Source of the DNA: a virus
Lineage: Duplodnaviria; Caudoviricetes
Length of the DNA: 59,795 nucleotides
Reading direction: 5' to 3' (one strand)
IMG/VR virus record: IMGVR_UViG_3300045135_002103
Location: 1 to 59,795 of that record
Shown here: in pieces, positions 7,180-17,719 of the stretch
How the letters are laid out: each line of letters opens with the position of its first letter
How positions within the stretch are numbered: position 1 is the stretch's first letter
The notes under the pieces: model-generated
Told to the model about the DNA's origin: nothing
The model's input: only the letters and a program-made list of their open reading frames with translations
Database searches by the model: none
Made by a program: the position numbers and the translations under genes

Positions 7180-7850
7180 TGAAAGACATTTCACTCTATG
7201 GGCATTTGACAATTGATACTATTCTTGATGGTGATAGAGAACGTAAAACTCTAGGTTCAATTGCAAATGTTTGGAAAGCATTACTTGAAGTTGACCCTAC
7301 ATTAGATATTGGGTTGTCTCCTATTGATGTTGGTCAAGCACTTATATATGTTGATAAACCTGCTGCTCAGAGGTATTCAAAGGTAAACCTAAGTCTTGTT
7401 CAACATCAAGCAAAAATCATTGACTCAACTATTCACCATCTTGTATATCTAAATGAGATGACTCGTCATGATTTTATTCCTGCACTGGATGGCATTATCA
7501 CCGCTGATATTTGTCCTGGTAAGTCTGTCAACAAAGACCTTTTGAGTTATGTTGACTATCTTTTCATTTCAGATGAGGACATTGATGAAGACTTGTCAGA
7601 ATATACAAATGCCACAAAGGGATGGGTTATTCTTCACAGTTCTTCTGGCAGTATTGTTTCCAATGGAGACCAAGAGTTTTTCTATAAGTTGCCAGAGGAA
7701 TTGATGCTCAAGAATGTAAATGTTCTTGGTGCTGGAGATATATTCGCCTCTTGTTTCTTATATAAATTATTGAAGAATGAAGGAGATATCCATAATTGGA
7801 TTGAATTTGCTCATTTGAATACGACTGAAATTATTAGGAATTCTATATGA
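7179..7850 (+). CDS. PfkB/ribokinase-family sugar kinase
   Basis: C-terminal NVLGAGDIF signature. Confidence 0.7.
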   Translation: MKDISLYGHLTIDTILDGDRERKTLGSIANVWKALLEVDPTLDIGLSPIDVGQALIYVDKPAAQRYSKVNLSLVQHQAKIIDSTIHHLVYLNEMTRHDFIPALDGIITADICPGKSVNKDLLSYVDYLFISDEDIDEDLSEYTNATKGWVILHSSSGSIVSNGDQEFFYKLPEELMLKNVNVLGAGDIFASCFLYKLLKNEGDIHNWIEFAHLNTTEIIRNSI

Positions 7851-9004
7851 AACCAAATATCCTTGTCCCTATGGCAGGACTTGGGAGCCGCTTTATCAAA
7901 GAAGGTTTTAAAGTTCCCAAGCAATTAATTAATATCAAAGATAAGCATCTAATTGATATCTCTCTAGACTGTTTGGACTATGAAGGATGTAATCTTATTT
8001 TTGTAGTTCGTGATGAGACTGTCTATAATTACCACATGGATGATCTCTTGCGAAAGAAATTTGGAGATGATATCAAAGTAGTTGTTCTTGATAAACTAAC
8101 CGATGGATCTGTCTGCAGTTGCCTCTACGCTGAAGAGTATATTGATAATGACGCTCCTCTTATTATTCATACTCTGGATATTGAGTTTAGACCCGTTTTT
8201 AATCCTCACATTATGAATGACTTGGATGGTGATGGACTTCTCCTCACATTCAAGTCAAACTCTGCAAACTACAGTTATGCAAAGGTAAATGAAAATGGTT
8301 TTGTGACTGAGACTGCTGAAAAGAAAGCAATTAGTAATGATGCTTGTGTAGGCATCTATGGTTTTAAGAAAGGTTCTGACTTCTGCAAGTATGCCAGAGA
8401 GATGATTGAACGTGACTTGAGAACTAAAAATGAGTTCTACATTTCACCTTTGTATAATCTTCTCATTGAAGATGGTAAAAAGATCCGCACTGAACCTGTG
8501 GATAAGATGCACGTCTTTGGAACACCTGATGAGTTCCACTTCTACAAAGACAATGTGACTCGTCGCTTGGGTGATAAACCCATTGCTGTCTGCTCTGACC
8601 ACTCTGGGTTTGAAGCAAAAGAAACCTTTAAGAAAGTGTTGGAAGACAATGGGTATGAGTATATTGACTTTGGAACTATTCTGAATAAAGACTGTGACTA
8701 CAGAGACTATATTTCTCAGGCAGTTAAGTCTATCAATGAAAGAGACTGTGACTATGGGTTTGGGTTCTGCCGCACAGGTCAAGGAGTGAATATTTGTGCT
8801 AACAAGTATAAAGGCATTCGCTCTGCATTGATCTATGATACATTCTCAATGCAGATGGCAATACGTCACAACTGTGCAAACTTCTTTGCTATTCCCTCCA
8901 GGGGAGTGGACTATGAAACACTAGATAGGTATCTTTATCTCTGTGCAAATCATACATTTGATGGTGGTCGCCATCAGATTCGTATTCAGGAGTTGGAGAA
9001 GTGA
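7847..9004 (+). CDS. sugar nucleotidyltransferase fused to ribose-5-phosphate isomerase B (RpiB)
   Basis: N-term PMAGLGSRF...PK; C-term SDHSG, DFG, CRTGQG, ANKYKGIR, HNCAN, FDGGRH. Confidence 0.85.
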   Translation: MKPNILVPMAGLGSRFIKEGFKVPKQLINIKDKHLIDISLDCLDYEGCNLIFVVRDETVYNYHMDDLLRKKFGDDIKVVVLDKLTDGSVCSCLYAEEYIDNDAPLIIHTLDIEFRPVFNPHIMNDLDGDGLLLTFKSNSANYSYAKVNENGFVTETAEKKAISNDACVGIYGFKKGSDFCKYAREMIERDLRTKNEFYISPLYNLLIEDGKKIRTEPVDKMHVFGTPDEFHFYKDNVTRRLGDKPIAVCSDHSGFEAKETFKKVLEDNGYEYIDFGTILNKDCDYRDYISQAVKSINERDCDYGFGFCRTGQGVNICANKYKGIRSALIYDTFSMQMAIRHNCANFFAIPSRGVDYETLDRYLYLCANHTFDGGRHQIRIQELEK

Positions 9005-9321
9005 AACAAGCAAATATTGCTGACTTCAAAGCGGGATGGTTTGTAGGAGACTTTGAACCATCTATTTTTAAAAACCCATTCTTTGAAGTAGCACATCACA
9101 AACACAAGAAAGGTTGTGAAACTTATCCACACACTCATAAAGTTACTAATGAGTTAAACTATATTGTGTCTGGAGAACTCATGGTTTCTGGCAAACATCT
9201 AGAGGCAGGAGATATGTGGATTTATGAACCTAATGAAGTTTCTGACGTTGAGTTTCTTGCAGACTCTGAGTTGATTATAGTAAGATGGCCATCTATTCCC
9301 TCTGACAAGTATTTGGTATGA
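9001..9321 (+). CDS. cupin-fold protein
   Basis: GWFVGDF, PHTHK...E..YIVSG. Confidence 0.7.
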   Translation: MKQANIADFKAGWFVGDFEPSIFKNPFFEVAHHKHKKGCETYPHTHKVTNELNYIVSGELMVSGKHLEAGDMWIYEPNEVSDVEFLADSELIIVRWPSIPSDKYLV

Positions 9322-9791
9322 AATTCATTGCACATCGCGGTAACATTGATGGACCTAACTTTGAGCAGGAAAATCAATTAAAGTATGTTGAGAAGGCAAT
9401 AGAAAAAGGTTTTGATGTTGAAATTGATGTTTGGTATTTGCCTCAAACAGATCAACTTTATCTTGGACACGATAAACCACAATACTTAGTATCTTGGTTT
9501 TGGTTGGCAAAGTATATTGATAAGTTGTGGATTCATTGTAAGAACATCGATGCTCTACATAAATTTACTAATACTGGTGGTTACAATTACTTCTGGCATG
9601 ATACAGATAAATATACATTGACAAGTAAGAATTATATCTGGACATATCCTGGACAACCATATACACCAAAGTCTGTAATGGTTATGCCAGAAAATATGAA
9701 AGTATTTCCTCAGTTTAAGACTGAGTTTTCTGATATGAAAGCATATAATTGTTATGGTATTTGTAGTGATTATGTTGGAGAAATGAAATGA
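9318..9791 (+). CDS. glycerophosphodiester phosphodiesterase-like protein
   Basis: IAHRGN...EN...VEIDVW...LGHD, WIHCK. Confidence 0.7.
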   Translation: MKFIAHRGNIDGPNFEQENQLKYVEKAIEKGFDVEIDVWYLPQTDQLYLGHDKPQYLVSWFWLAKYIDKLWIHCKNIDALHKFTNTGGYNYFWHDTDKYTLTSKNYIWTYPGQPYTPKSVMVMPENMKVFPQFKTEFSDMKAYNCYGICSDYVGEMK

Positions 9792-10411
9792 CATCAACCA
9801 TTGCTTCATCATTTGAGGATCTTAAGAAGTATGATAAAATTAATGTCATTGATGTTGGTGCCGCAAGAGCATCTTTTCTTGTAGAACTGGGAAGATATTT
9901 TGATCTTGAAAACGTATATTCAATTGGAATTGATCCTTTTGATCATGGCGAAAAAGATCGTTATAATAAATTTTATCAGGCATGTATTGATGATGTAAAA
10001 GAACCTGTAGAGATGGACTTTTACAAGAACTCTAAGGATGATCAGGCTAGTTCTCTTTGTTCTCCTGTTAAGGACAAAGAATCATTCAGTGAATCAATGA
10101 AAGTTCAAGTTTTAAATTTAAATGATATTATTGAGGAAAATATACCAGAGGCAACAATTCACTTTTTGAAGATTGATGCTGAGGGAAAAGATCTCCACAT
10201 TGTTAAATCTCTAAAGAAAGAAGTTCTTAGTAGAATTAAATATATTGCAGTTGAATGTCCAATGACAAAACCAAGATTTGAGGAGGAATTTGTTAAGGGA
10301 CAATGTATTGAATATTTTAAGTCTATCAACTTTGAGGTATTTTATACTTATGATAGCAGTAATGGTAGTGATGTAAGTGATATTGTATTTGTTAATGGTA
10401 TTGAATTATGA
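9788..10411 (+). CDS. FkbM-family methyltransferase
   Basis: IDVGA and LKIDAEG motifs. Confidence 0.8.
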   Translation: MTSTIASSFEDLKKYDKINVIDVGAARASFLVELGRYFDLENVYSIGIDPFDHGEKDRYNKFYQACIDDVKEPVEMDFYKNSKDDQASSLCSPVKDKESFSESMKVQVLNLNDIIEENIPEATIHFLKIDAEGKDLHIVKSLKKEVLSRIKYIAVECPMTKPRFEEEFVKGQCIEYFKSINFEVFYTYDSSNGSDVSDIVFVNGIEL

Positions 10412-11148
10412 AAGTAGCACTATGTTTATCGGGACAACCCAGAGTCGTTGATGTTGGATTTAATAAAATAAACCAAGCAATACTACAAAACAATGATGTT
10501 GATGTGTTTATTCATACTTGGTTTGATCCAGACAATCTAAGCACTAACTCAGTCATTCCTGGAAGAGAGGGTCATACTTTAGACTCATTAGCAATTGATA
10601 AGTTAAAAAAATATTACAACCCTAAAAAAATACTAGTAGAAAAACCAAAGAAATGGAAACGCGACTATGGGTTCCCTGATAAGTGTTTTACTAATGCTTG
10701 GACTTGGGCTTTAGAAGTTCAAGGAGGACTAGATGTAGCAAAAGAATATATTAGTGACACTACGCATAGTATGTTCTATAGTATGATGATGGCAAATCAA
10801 CTTAAGGAGCAATACTCTGCTGAAACTGGTATAGAGTATGATATTGTTATTAGAAATAGAATTGACTATTCTCCTCATGTTGTATTAGACTTGAAAGATG
10901 TTAAACTGGATGATGATGTATTGGTGTACCAAGATTTGAACCAACCTGATGGTATGATCAGTGATTGGTTTGGTATGGGAACTACCAATACTATGAATGT
11001 ATTTTGTGGAGTTTATAACCATATTGGTCAACTCATTAGACAGTCAAGTGAAGTTGATGGGTATTGGTGTAATGAACTCTTATTGAAGCACCATATTGCC
11101 AATAACAAAATTAGGAGAAGTCCAGTAGATTTTCAGGTTCATTTTTAG
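10408..11148 (+). CDS. putative glycosyltransferase-like protein
   Basis: ALCLSGQPR, DVFIHTW, YDIVIRNRID; in a sugar cluster. Confidence 0.55.
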   Translation: MKVALCLSGQPRVVDVGFNKINQAILQNNDVDVFIHTWFDPDNLSTNSVIPGREGHTLDSLAIDKLKKYYNPKKILVEKPKKWKRDYGFPDKCFTNAWTWALEVQGGLDVAKEYISDTTHSMFYSMMMANQLKEQYSAETGIEYDIVIRNRIDYSPHVVLDLKDVKLDDDVLVYQDLNQPDGMISDWFGMGTTNTMNVFCGVYNHIGQLIRQSSEVDGYWCNELLLKHHIANNKIRRSPVDFQVHF

Positions 11149-11149
11149 T

Positions 11150-12166
11150 ATGAAAACGGTATTCGCAAAAGCACCTCTCAGACTTGCCCTTGCGGGGGGA
11201 GGAACTGATTTATTTCCATATTGGAAACACTATGGAGGTATTGTTCTGAATGGGACTATTGACCAGTATGCTTATTGCAAAATTGAACCTAGTGATAAAT
11301 GGATATTTAAAAGTGTAGATCTTGAAAGAGAAGAGACGTTTGATAATGTAGAAGATATAATGTCCAAAACAACACTCAAGTTGTTGGTGTCAACATATCA
11401 ATATCTTACTAATGACTGTGAGAAAACTCCTGTTAAAATAACGACTTTTGTTGAAGCTCCACCGGGAAGTGGATTGGGTAGTTCTAGTGCTCTAGTTGTT
11501 TCTCTTATTGCTGCTATATCGGAATATTATAGTATACCTCTTGGTGAATATGATATAGCAGATATGGCAGTTGATATTGAAAGAAATATTTGTGACTTAC
11601 CTGGAGGAAAGCAAGATCAATTTGCTGCTGCTTTTGGTGGTTTCAACTTTATTGAATTTTTGCCTGATGGTAGAACAATAGTAAACCCTTTACGGTTAAA
11701 CTTTAAGACTCAAAATATGCTTGAGTTGAGTACAGTTTTGTACTATGTTGGTAAACCAAGGATGGATGAAAGAGTTATTGAGAATACATCACAAAACCTT
11801 CTCAACAACGATAAAGGAACTCTGCAGGCAACACATAGAATTAAATCTGCTGCCATAGAATATAAAAGAAGTCTTCTTTTAGGTGATGTGGATAAAATTT
11901 GTGAAACTATGAATACCTACTGGAAAAACAAAATTCAGACTAACGAAAAGGTCGTATCTCCAGAGTTGCTAGATAGTTACGAATTTGCTATGAAAAATGG
12001 AGCAAAGGCTGCTAAGATATCTGGTGCTGGTGGTGGCGGACATATGATTCTTTTTACTGATTTTGAAAAAAGGCATCAACTTATTAGTGCCCTTAAAAAA
12101 AGAAAAGTAGGAAGAGTTGTTCCTTTTAAATTTGTTAAGCATGGAGTTGATGTGTGGCGGGTATAG
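11150..12166 (+). CDS. hddA: GHMP kinase, D-glycero-D-manno-heptose 7-phosphate kinase (HddA-like)
   Basis: APLRLALAGGGTD, PPGSGLGSSS, GKQDQ, ISGAGGGG. Confidence 0.85.
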   Translation: MKTVFAKAPLRLALAGGGTDLFPYWKHYGGIVLNGTIDQYAYCKIEPSDKWIFKSVDLEREETFDNVEDIMSKTTLKLLVSTYQYLTNDCEKTPVKITTFVEAPPGSGLGSSSALVVSLIAAISEYYSIPLGEYDIADMAVDIERNICDLPGGKQDQFAAAFGGFNFIEFLPDGRTIVNPLRLNFKTQNMLELSTVLYYVGKPRMDERVIENTSQNLLNNDKGTLQATHRIKSAAIEYKRSLLLGDVDKICETMNTYWKNKIQTNEKVVSPELLDSYEFAMKNGAKAAKISGAGGGGHMILFTDFEKRHQLISALKKRKVGRVVPFKFVKHGVDVWRV

Positions 12167-12504
12167 AAATTCATCCTAAAGGATGGGGATACGAAAAGTG
12201 GATCGTAAATGTAGAAGAGTATTGCGGAAAACTTCTTTTCTTTGAAGAGGGGAAGAAATGCTCTTGGCATTACCATAAAATTAAAGACGAAACATTTTAT
12301 TTACAATCAGGAAAAATTCTTTTGTACTATGGGGATACTGATAACCTTGAAGATGCAAAGAGTATTACCTTAGTTCCTGGTGACAAGTTTCATATCTATC
12401 GTGGATTGAGACATCAGATGGTTGCAATTGAACCATCAGAACTTTTTGAGTTTTCTACACAACATTTTGAAGATGATAGTTACAGAGTTATCAAAGGGGA
12501 CTAA
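12154..12504 (+). CDS. cupin sugar isomerase (mannose-6-P isomerase-like)
   Basis: KGWGYE...YCGK...SWHYHKIKDETFY. Confidence 0.75.
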   Translation: MAGIEIHPKGWGYEKWIVNVEEYCGKLLFFEEGKKCSWHYHKIKDETFYLQSGKILLYYGDTDNLEDAKSITLVPGDKFHIYRGLRHQMVAIEPSELFEFSTQHFEDDSYRVIKGD

Positions 12505-13114
12505 GTTATATCTGCTAGTAGGTGGTCGTGGAACTAGACTTCTCTCTGTTACTAATGGAAAACCAAAACCCATGGTTGATATAAAAGGAAAACCTTTTGT
12601 ACAATGGATATTGGACAACCTATCTGGTTTTGATGTTACTCTAGTTTGTTCTGATTTAAACTATGAATACTTCAAGAACTTAGGTGTTGATGTTTTCAAC
12701 GAAGGAGAACCATCAGGAACTGCGGGGTTTTTGCGTAAAGTAAATCTACCAGAAACTTTTTATGTTATGAACGGTGATACTTTTTTTTCTGATAACATAA
12801 ATCTTGATAGTGAAAAGTCAACTATTTTTGTTGCAGAAGAAGAAGTAACAAATGATGTTGGATATATTGAAGGCAAAGATGGTATGGTTCAATACTTTGT
12901 AGAAAAAGATCCTGGTGCCTGGGGCAAAAAACTTGTGAGTCTAGGTATTTACAAATTGTATAGAGATGAAATAGAAATACCAAATACATTGCCTATCAGT
13001 ATGGAGTATGATATACTGCCAAAGATGGAACTATCTTATAAGGTAGTTAACACAGATAAATTTGATATCGGAACACCTGAAAGACTTAAAAAATTTAGAG
13101 ACTGGGTATGTTAA
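12473..13114 (+). CDS. sugar-1-phosphate nucleotidyltransferase (HddC-like)
   Basis: GGRGTRL...PKPM, NGDT, DIGTPE. Confidence 0.8.
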   Translation: MIVTELSKGTKLYLLVGGRGTRLLSVTNGKPKPMVDIKGKPFVQWILDNLSGFDVTLVCSDLNYEYFKNLGVDVFNEGEPSGTAGFLRKVNLPETFYVMNGDTFFSDNINLDSEKSTIFVAEEEVTNDVGYIEGKDGMVQYFVEKDPGAWGKKLVSLGIYKLYRDEIEIPNTLPISMEYDILPKMELSYKVVNTDKFDIGTPERLKKFRDWVC

Positions 13115-13926
13115 AAATTATTGGGGCAACTGGAAACGTTGGTAGGAGACTTTTAGAGAAGTCTTTGAGTGTTTGGCATAATGATGTTGAAGCAATTGCA
13201 ACGAGATTGGATAATGATGAACTTGAATATGATTTCAGTTCTCTTTCATATAAAGATACCATTGCATTTTGTGCTGCTATTTCGGAGCCAACAGTATGTG
13301 CCAATAACCCTGAGTTAGCAAGGAAGGTAAATGTAGAGAAGACTATTGAGTTTATTGAGAAATCAACTCAATATGGGGCAAAAGTTGTCTTCATGTCAAG
13401 TGATGCTGTGTATGGTCATGTAGACAAACCTTTTGACGAACAATGGGCAACAAAACCTATTGGCATTTATGGTCAAATGAAAGAGGAAGTAGAAAAGTAT
13501 TTCATCGGAAATCCAAATGTAAAAATACTTAGATCATCATATAATTTTTTCCGAACTGATAGATTTACTTCGTATCTAGAAAAGTGTGCATTGAATGGAG
13601 ATGTTGCAGAAATATTTTCTCCATTTAAAAGATCAGTTATTCACCTTGATGATACTGTAGATGCTATCTTGAGTCTCTCTAAAAATTGGGATGGTCCACA
13701 AATTATCAACTGTGGTGGACCTGATAGTCTTTGTAGGTCAGAGTTTGCTCAGATACTAAAAGAAGAAGTTTTCCCCAACTTAGAACTAAAGATCGTTAGA
13801 CCTCCAGAAAAGTTCTACAAGGATAGACCTAGTGAAGTTTCAATGATGTCTATTTCTCTTAAGAATATTCTAGGAAAGTCACAAAAGTCTTTGAGAGAAG
13901 CAGTTCGTGTGGAGTTTGACGTATGA
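13108..13926 (+). CDS. NAD(P)-dependent sugar reductase (RmlD-like)
   Basis: GATGNVG, SSDAVY, YGQMK. Confidence 0.75.
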   Translation: MLKIIGATGNVGRRLLEKSLSVWHNDVEAIATRLDNDELEYDFSSLSYKDTIAFCAAISEPTVCANNPELARKVNVEKTIEFIEKSTQYGAKVVFMSSDAVYGHVDKPFDEQWATKPIGIYGQMKEEVEKYFIGNPNVKILRSSYNFFRTDRFTSYLEKCALNGDVAEIFSPFKRSVIHLDDTVDAILSLSKNWDGPQIINCGGPDSLCRSEFAQILKEEVFPNLELKIVRPPEKFYKDRPSEVSMMSISLKNILGKSQKSLREAVRVEFDV

Positions 13927-14942
13927 AAAAAGTATTAATAACAGGAATCACAGGTCAAGTTGGTTCTCAATTGGCAGATTATATTCTTGATAATACTGAC
14001 TATGAGGTAGTTGGTATGATGCGCTGGCAAGAACCACTTGATAACATCTATCATCTGACTGATCGTATCAATAAGAAAGACCGAATCAGTATCTACTATG
14101 CTGATTTGAATGATGGAATGTCTGTAAGGAGAATGATTGAAGAGGTTAAACCCGAATACATTTCTCACCTTGCAGCACAATCTTATCCAAAAACTTCTTT
14201 TGATATTCCTATTGAAACTTTACAGACAAATATTATTGGCACTGCAAATTTGCTTGAGGCTATTCGTCAAACAAAAGAATATGATCCTGTAGTTCATGTT
14301 TGTTCTTCAAGTGAGGTTTACGGCAAAACACCTACAGGAGTTGTTCTGGATGAAGATACTCCTATGCATGGAGCAAGTCCTTATAGTATAAGTAAAATAG
14401 GTACGGACCACTTAGGAAAATTCTACGGTGAAGCATATGGTATAAAAACATTTATGACTCGTATGGGGACACATACTGGACCCAGGAGAAGTGATGTTTT
14501 CTTTGAAAGCACTGTAGCAAAACAAATTGCATTAATCGAAGCAGGATATCAAGAACCTTTTGTTTATGTTGGCAACTTGTCTAGCACTAGAACATTTCAA
14601 GATGCAAGAGATGCGGTAAGGGCATACTTTATGTTATTAGAAGCAAGTGCTGAAGGTAAAATTAAACCAGGAGAGCATTTTAATATTGCTGGTGATGAAG
14701 CATATAACCTAGAAGAAGTTGTTGATTTATTACTCAGTTTTAGTACACGTCTAGATATAAAGGTCAAAACCGATGTAAATCGATTACGACCCATCGATGC
14801 AGATTATCAGATGTTTGATAATACAAAAATTAAAAACACCATTGATTGGAAACCTGAAATTTCAACTATACAGACGTTCAGCGATCTTCTAGATCATTGG
14901 AGAGAGCAAATTAAAATGGGAAAAATTCCATTGAATCGTTGA
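13923..14942 (+). CDS. GDP-sugar 4,6-dehydratase (Gmd/DmhA-like)
   Basis: GITGQVG, HLAAQS, SSSEVYG, SPYSISK, RLRPID. Confidence 0.85.
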   Translation: MKKVLITGITGQVGSQLADYILDNTDYEVVGMMRWQEPLDNIYHLTDRINKKDRISIYYADLNDGMSVRRMIEEVKPEYISHLAAQSYPKTSFDIPIETLQTNIIGTANLLEAIRQTKEYDPVVHVCSSSEVYGKTPTGVVLDEDTPMHGASPYSISKIGTDHLGKFYGEAYGIKTFMTRMGTHTGPRRSDVFFESTVAKQIALIEAGYQEPFVYVGNLSSTRTFQDARDAVRAYFMLLEASAEGKIKPGEHFNIAGDEAYNLEEVVDLLLSFSTRLDIKVKTDVNRLRPIDADYQMFDNTKIKNTIDWKPEISTIQTFSDLLDHWREQIKMGKIPLNR

Positions 14943-14986
14943 CTGTTTAACCACTACATTCTATAATATAAAAAATATCATCAATT

Positions 14987-15940
14987 ATGGACAAGAGTAA
15001 AAAGATCATTCTGTGGGGACATAAGCATTATACCGACACAGCTTCATATTTTCTAGTTTGTATCTATAGGACATTTGAAAAACTTGGTTATGATGTTCAT
15101 TGGTTTGACGACAGAGACTATCCAAATACCACAGAATTTGACTATAACGATTCTGTTTTCTTTATTGATAATCAGTCGGGTACTGATATCAACTGTCCAG
15201 TAATTTCTAGTGGAATTTATATTTCTTGGGATAGATTCCGTAATCTCAATAAGTATCTTGGCAATGTAAAACGTCTCATTAATATGAGAGTTCCTGAATT
15301 TAAACGACCCAACCCAGATGGTGTGCGTTTTATTGAGGCAGATAAAGGAGTTATCTATGATAAAACTCCAGAAGTTCCATATGAAGTGATGTATTTCTCA
15401 CTGGCAACAAACATTTGGCCAGAGGAAATGGAAATTGAAGATATTGATATTACCAGAAACAATGAATATAATTTCATTGGGACCATTCATATGCCAAGAC
15501 CTAATGCGGAACCTCTGCATCAACAGTTTATTGAGATCGTGAAACAGAACGGTATTGCGTTCAATCATTATGATGCAGAGACTGCACATGTCCCCTCAGG
15601 CGATCGTGCTGTAGATGAAGAGACTAATATTAAGTTGATGCAGAAGTCTTTCTTTGTTCCTGACTTTAGACCACAAGAGCAGAAAGACACTCTTTATGTT
15701 TCCTGTCGTGTAATGAAAGCGATTAGTTATGGTTGTCCTGTTGTATGTGATGCTCCTTATGTAAAAGACTTTATTGATAAGGAAGTTTTATGTGCTGAGA
15801 CTGCACAAGAAATCTTTGATCTTGGTGTAGAGCATCAATACGATAAAGAGAGGATGCGTCACTTGTTTGAAGTTGTTAAGAGAGATCATACATATATGAA
15901 TCGCTGTAACGGAATTATTAAAATTATTGATGGTCTTTGA
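14987..15940 (+). CDS. putative glycosyltransferase
   Basis: RVMKAISYG...HTYMNR C-terminus; own TTGACT...TATAAT promoter. Confidence 0.55.
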   Translation: MDKSKKIILWGHKHYTDTASYFLVCIYRTFEKLGYDVHWFDDRDYPNTTEFDYNDSVFFIDNQSGTDINCPVISSGIYISWDRFRNLNKYLGNVKRLINMRVPEFKRPNPDGVRFIEADKGVIYDKTPEVPYEVMYFSLATNIWPEEMEIEDIDITRNNEYNFIGTIHMPRPNAEPLHQQFIEIVKQNGIAFNHYDAETAHVPSGDRAVDEETNIKLMQKSFFVPDFRPQEQKDTLYVSCRVMKAISYGCPVVCDAPYVKDFIDKEVLCAETAQEIFDLGVEHQYDKERMRHLFEVVKRDHTYMNRCNGIIKIIDGL

Positions 15941-16911
15941 TAATGATATTTGTAACAGGTGGTGCAGGTTTTATTGGCAGCAATTTTGTTCACTTCATTA
16001 AAGACAAAATTGATGAAGAGATAGTTATCATTGATAAAATGACTTATGCGGCGGATATCATTAATTTGTATCCGCTTCGTTTTAATAGAAGTAAAACTGG
16101 TAGAGAGAAAGGTAATATTACTCATGAGATGGTTGACCTTTCTGATTACGAAGAAGTCAAAAGACTTTTTAAACAATACAAACCATCCGCAGTATTTCAT
16201 TTTGCTGCAGAGAGTCATGTGGATAATTCTATCAAAGATGTTACGCCATTTTTAGCAACCAATATCATTGGTACAACTAATTTGCTAAGATGTTCTGTTG
16301 ATTATCCAGTAGATATTTTTCATCATATTTCTACAGATGAAGTTTATGGTGCTCTTGGGGAGTGTGATACTCCTTTCACTGAGAGAACTGCATACGATCC
16401 TCAGAACCCATATTCAGCATCAAAGGCATCAAGCGATCATTTTGTGATGGCGTACAAAAATACTTTTGACTTGCCAGTTAAAATTACTAACTGCTCTAAC
16501 AATTATGGTCCAAGGCAAAATAAAGAAAAGTTGATTCCTAAAACAATAGATAACATCATTAATAATAAAAAAATTCCAGTGTACGGATGTGGAGAAAACA
16601 TTCGTGACTGGATTTATGTTGAAGATCATTGTGAAGCCATCTATGAAGTTTACAAGCGTGGTAAGGTTGGTGAGAAGTACAACATTGGTGGCGAATGTGA
16701 AATCAAGAATATTGATTTAGTATACAAATTAATTGATATGCTTGGTGGTTCTAAAGACCTTATTGAATATGTTGATGATCGTCCAGGACATGACTTGCGA
16801 TATGCTATCAACAATGCTAAAATTGCTTCGGAACTAAACTGGAAACCAAAGCACACACTGGAGCGGGGTTTAGAAAAAACTATTAAATGGTATAAGAATG
16901 ATTGGACTTAA
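15937..16911 (+). CDS. rmlB: dTDP-glucose 4,6-dehydratase
   Basis: GGAGFIG, HFAAESHVD, STDEVYG, PYSASKA, DRPGHD. Confidence 0.92.
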   Translation: MIMIFVTGGAGFIGSNFVHFIKDKIDEEIVIIDKMTYAADIINLYPLRFNRSKTGREKGNITHEMVDLSDYEEVKRLFKQYKPSAVFHFAAESHVDNSIKDVTPFLATNIIGTTNLLRCSVDYPVDIFHHISTDEVYGALGECDTPFTERTAYDPQNPYSASKASSDHFVMAYKNTFDLPVKITNCSNNYGPRQNKEKLIPKTIDNIINNKKIPVYGCGENIRDWIYVEDHCEAIYEVYKRGKVGEKYNIGGECEIKNIDLVYKLIDMLGGSKDLIEYVDDRPGHDLRYAINNAKIASELNWKPKHTLERGLEKTIKWYKNDWT

Positions 16912-17719
16912 TTATCTTGGCAAAATGGGACAACTGGGAAACCAGATGTTTCAGTATGCTGCTCTCCGTGGTATTGCAAAAAACCGTGGTTTCAACTTCT
17001 GCATTCCTTACAATAAAGAAGTTGTAGTTGATAGTCTTGGAAATAAACTTAGGATCGAACTATTCGATCCTTTTGTTATGTCTAGCATTACTCAGTTGAA
17101 CATTCAATATATTGATAAGGATCGTCCAGTTGTACAAGAGGATGGTTTTTCTTTTAATGAAGAACTTTTTAATAACTGTTCAGATTGGGTAAGTCTTCAG
17201 GGATATTTTCAAACAGAAAAATATTTTAAACATATTGAAGATGAAATTAAAGAAGACTTCACTTTTAAAAATGAAATCTCATTGCTTTGCAAGCATAACA
17301 TGAGTGAGATGGATAGACCTATTGCTCTTCATATTCGTCGTGGCGACTTCTTGAAAAATTCTGGCAATCATACAAACCTTGGTCTTGACTATTATGAAAA
17401 GGCTTTGGATGTATTTGAGAAAGATAGAACTGTTATTATTTTCTCTGATGATCCTGGATGGTGTAAAGAACAGGATTTGTTTGAAGGTGACAGATTCCTT
17501 GTGGCGGAGGGTAACGATAGTTACACTGATCTGTGTTTGATGAGTCTCTGTTCTGATTTTATCATTGCAAATTCTACATTCTCTTGGTGGGGTGCTTGGT
17601 TGTCTAAGAGTCTGAGTAAAACTGTTTGCTCTCCTGATCCTAACATTTGGTTCGGTCCTAATAACTCACATCTTGATACATCTGATATAATTCCAGAAGA
17701 CTGGACTATTATTAAATGA
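16898..17719 (+). CDS. GT11 alpha-1,2-fucosyltransferase-like
   Basis: GQLGNQMFQYA, HIRRGDF, NSTFSWWGAWL. Confidence 0.9.
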   Translation: MIGLNYLGKMGQLGNQMFQYAALRGIAKNRGFNFCIPYNKEVVVDSLGNKLRIELFDPFVMSSITQLNIQYIDKDRPVVQEDGFSFNEELFNNCSDWVSLQGYFQTEKYFKHIEDEIKEDFTFKNEISLLCKHNMSEMDRPIALHIRRGDFLKNSGNHTNLGLDYYEKALDVFEKDRTVIIFSDDPGWCKEQDLFEGDRFLVAEGNDSYTDLCLMSLCSDFIIANSTFSWWGAWLSKSLSKTVCSPDPNIWFGPNNSHLDTSDIIPEDWTIIK

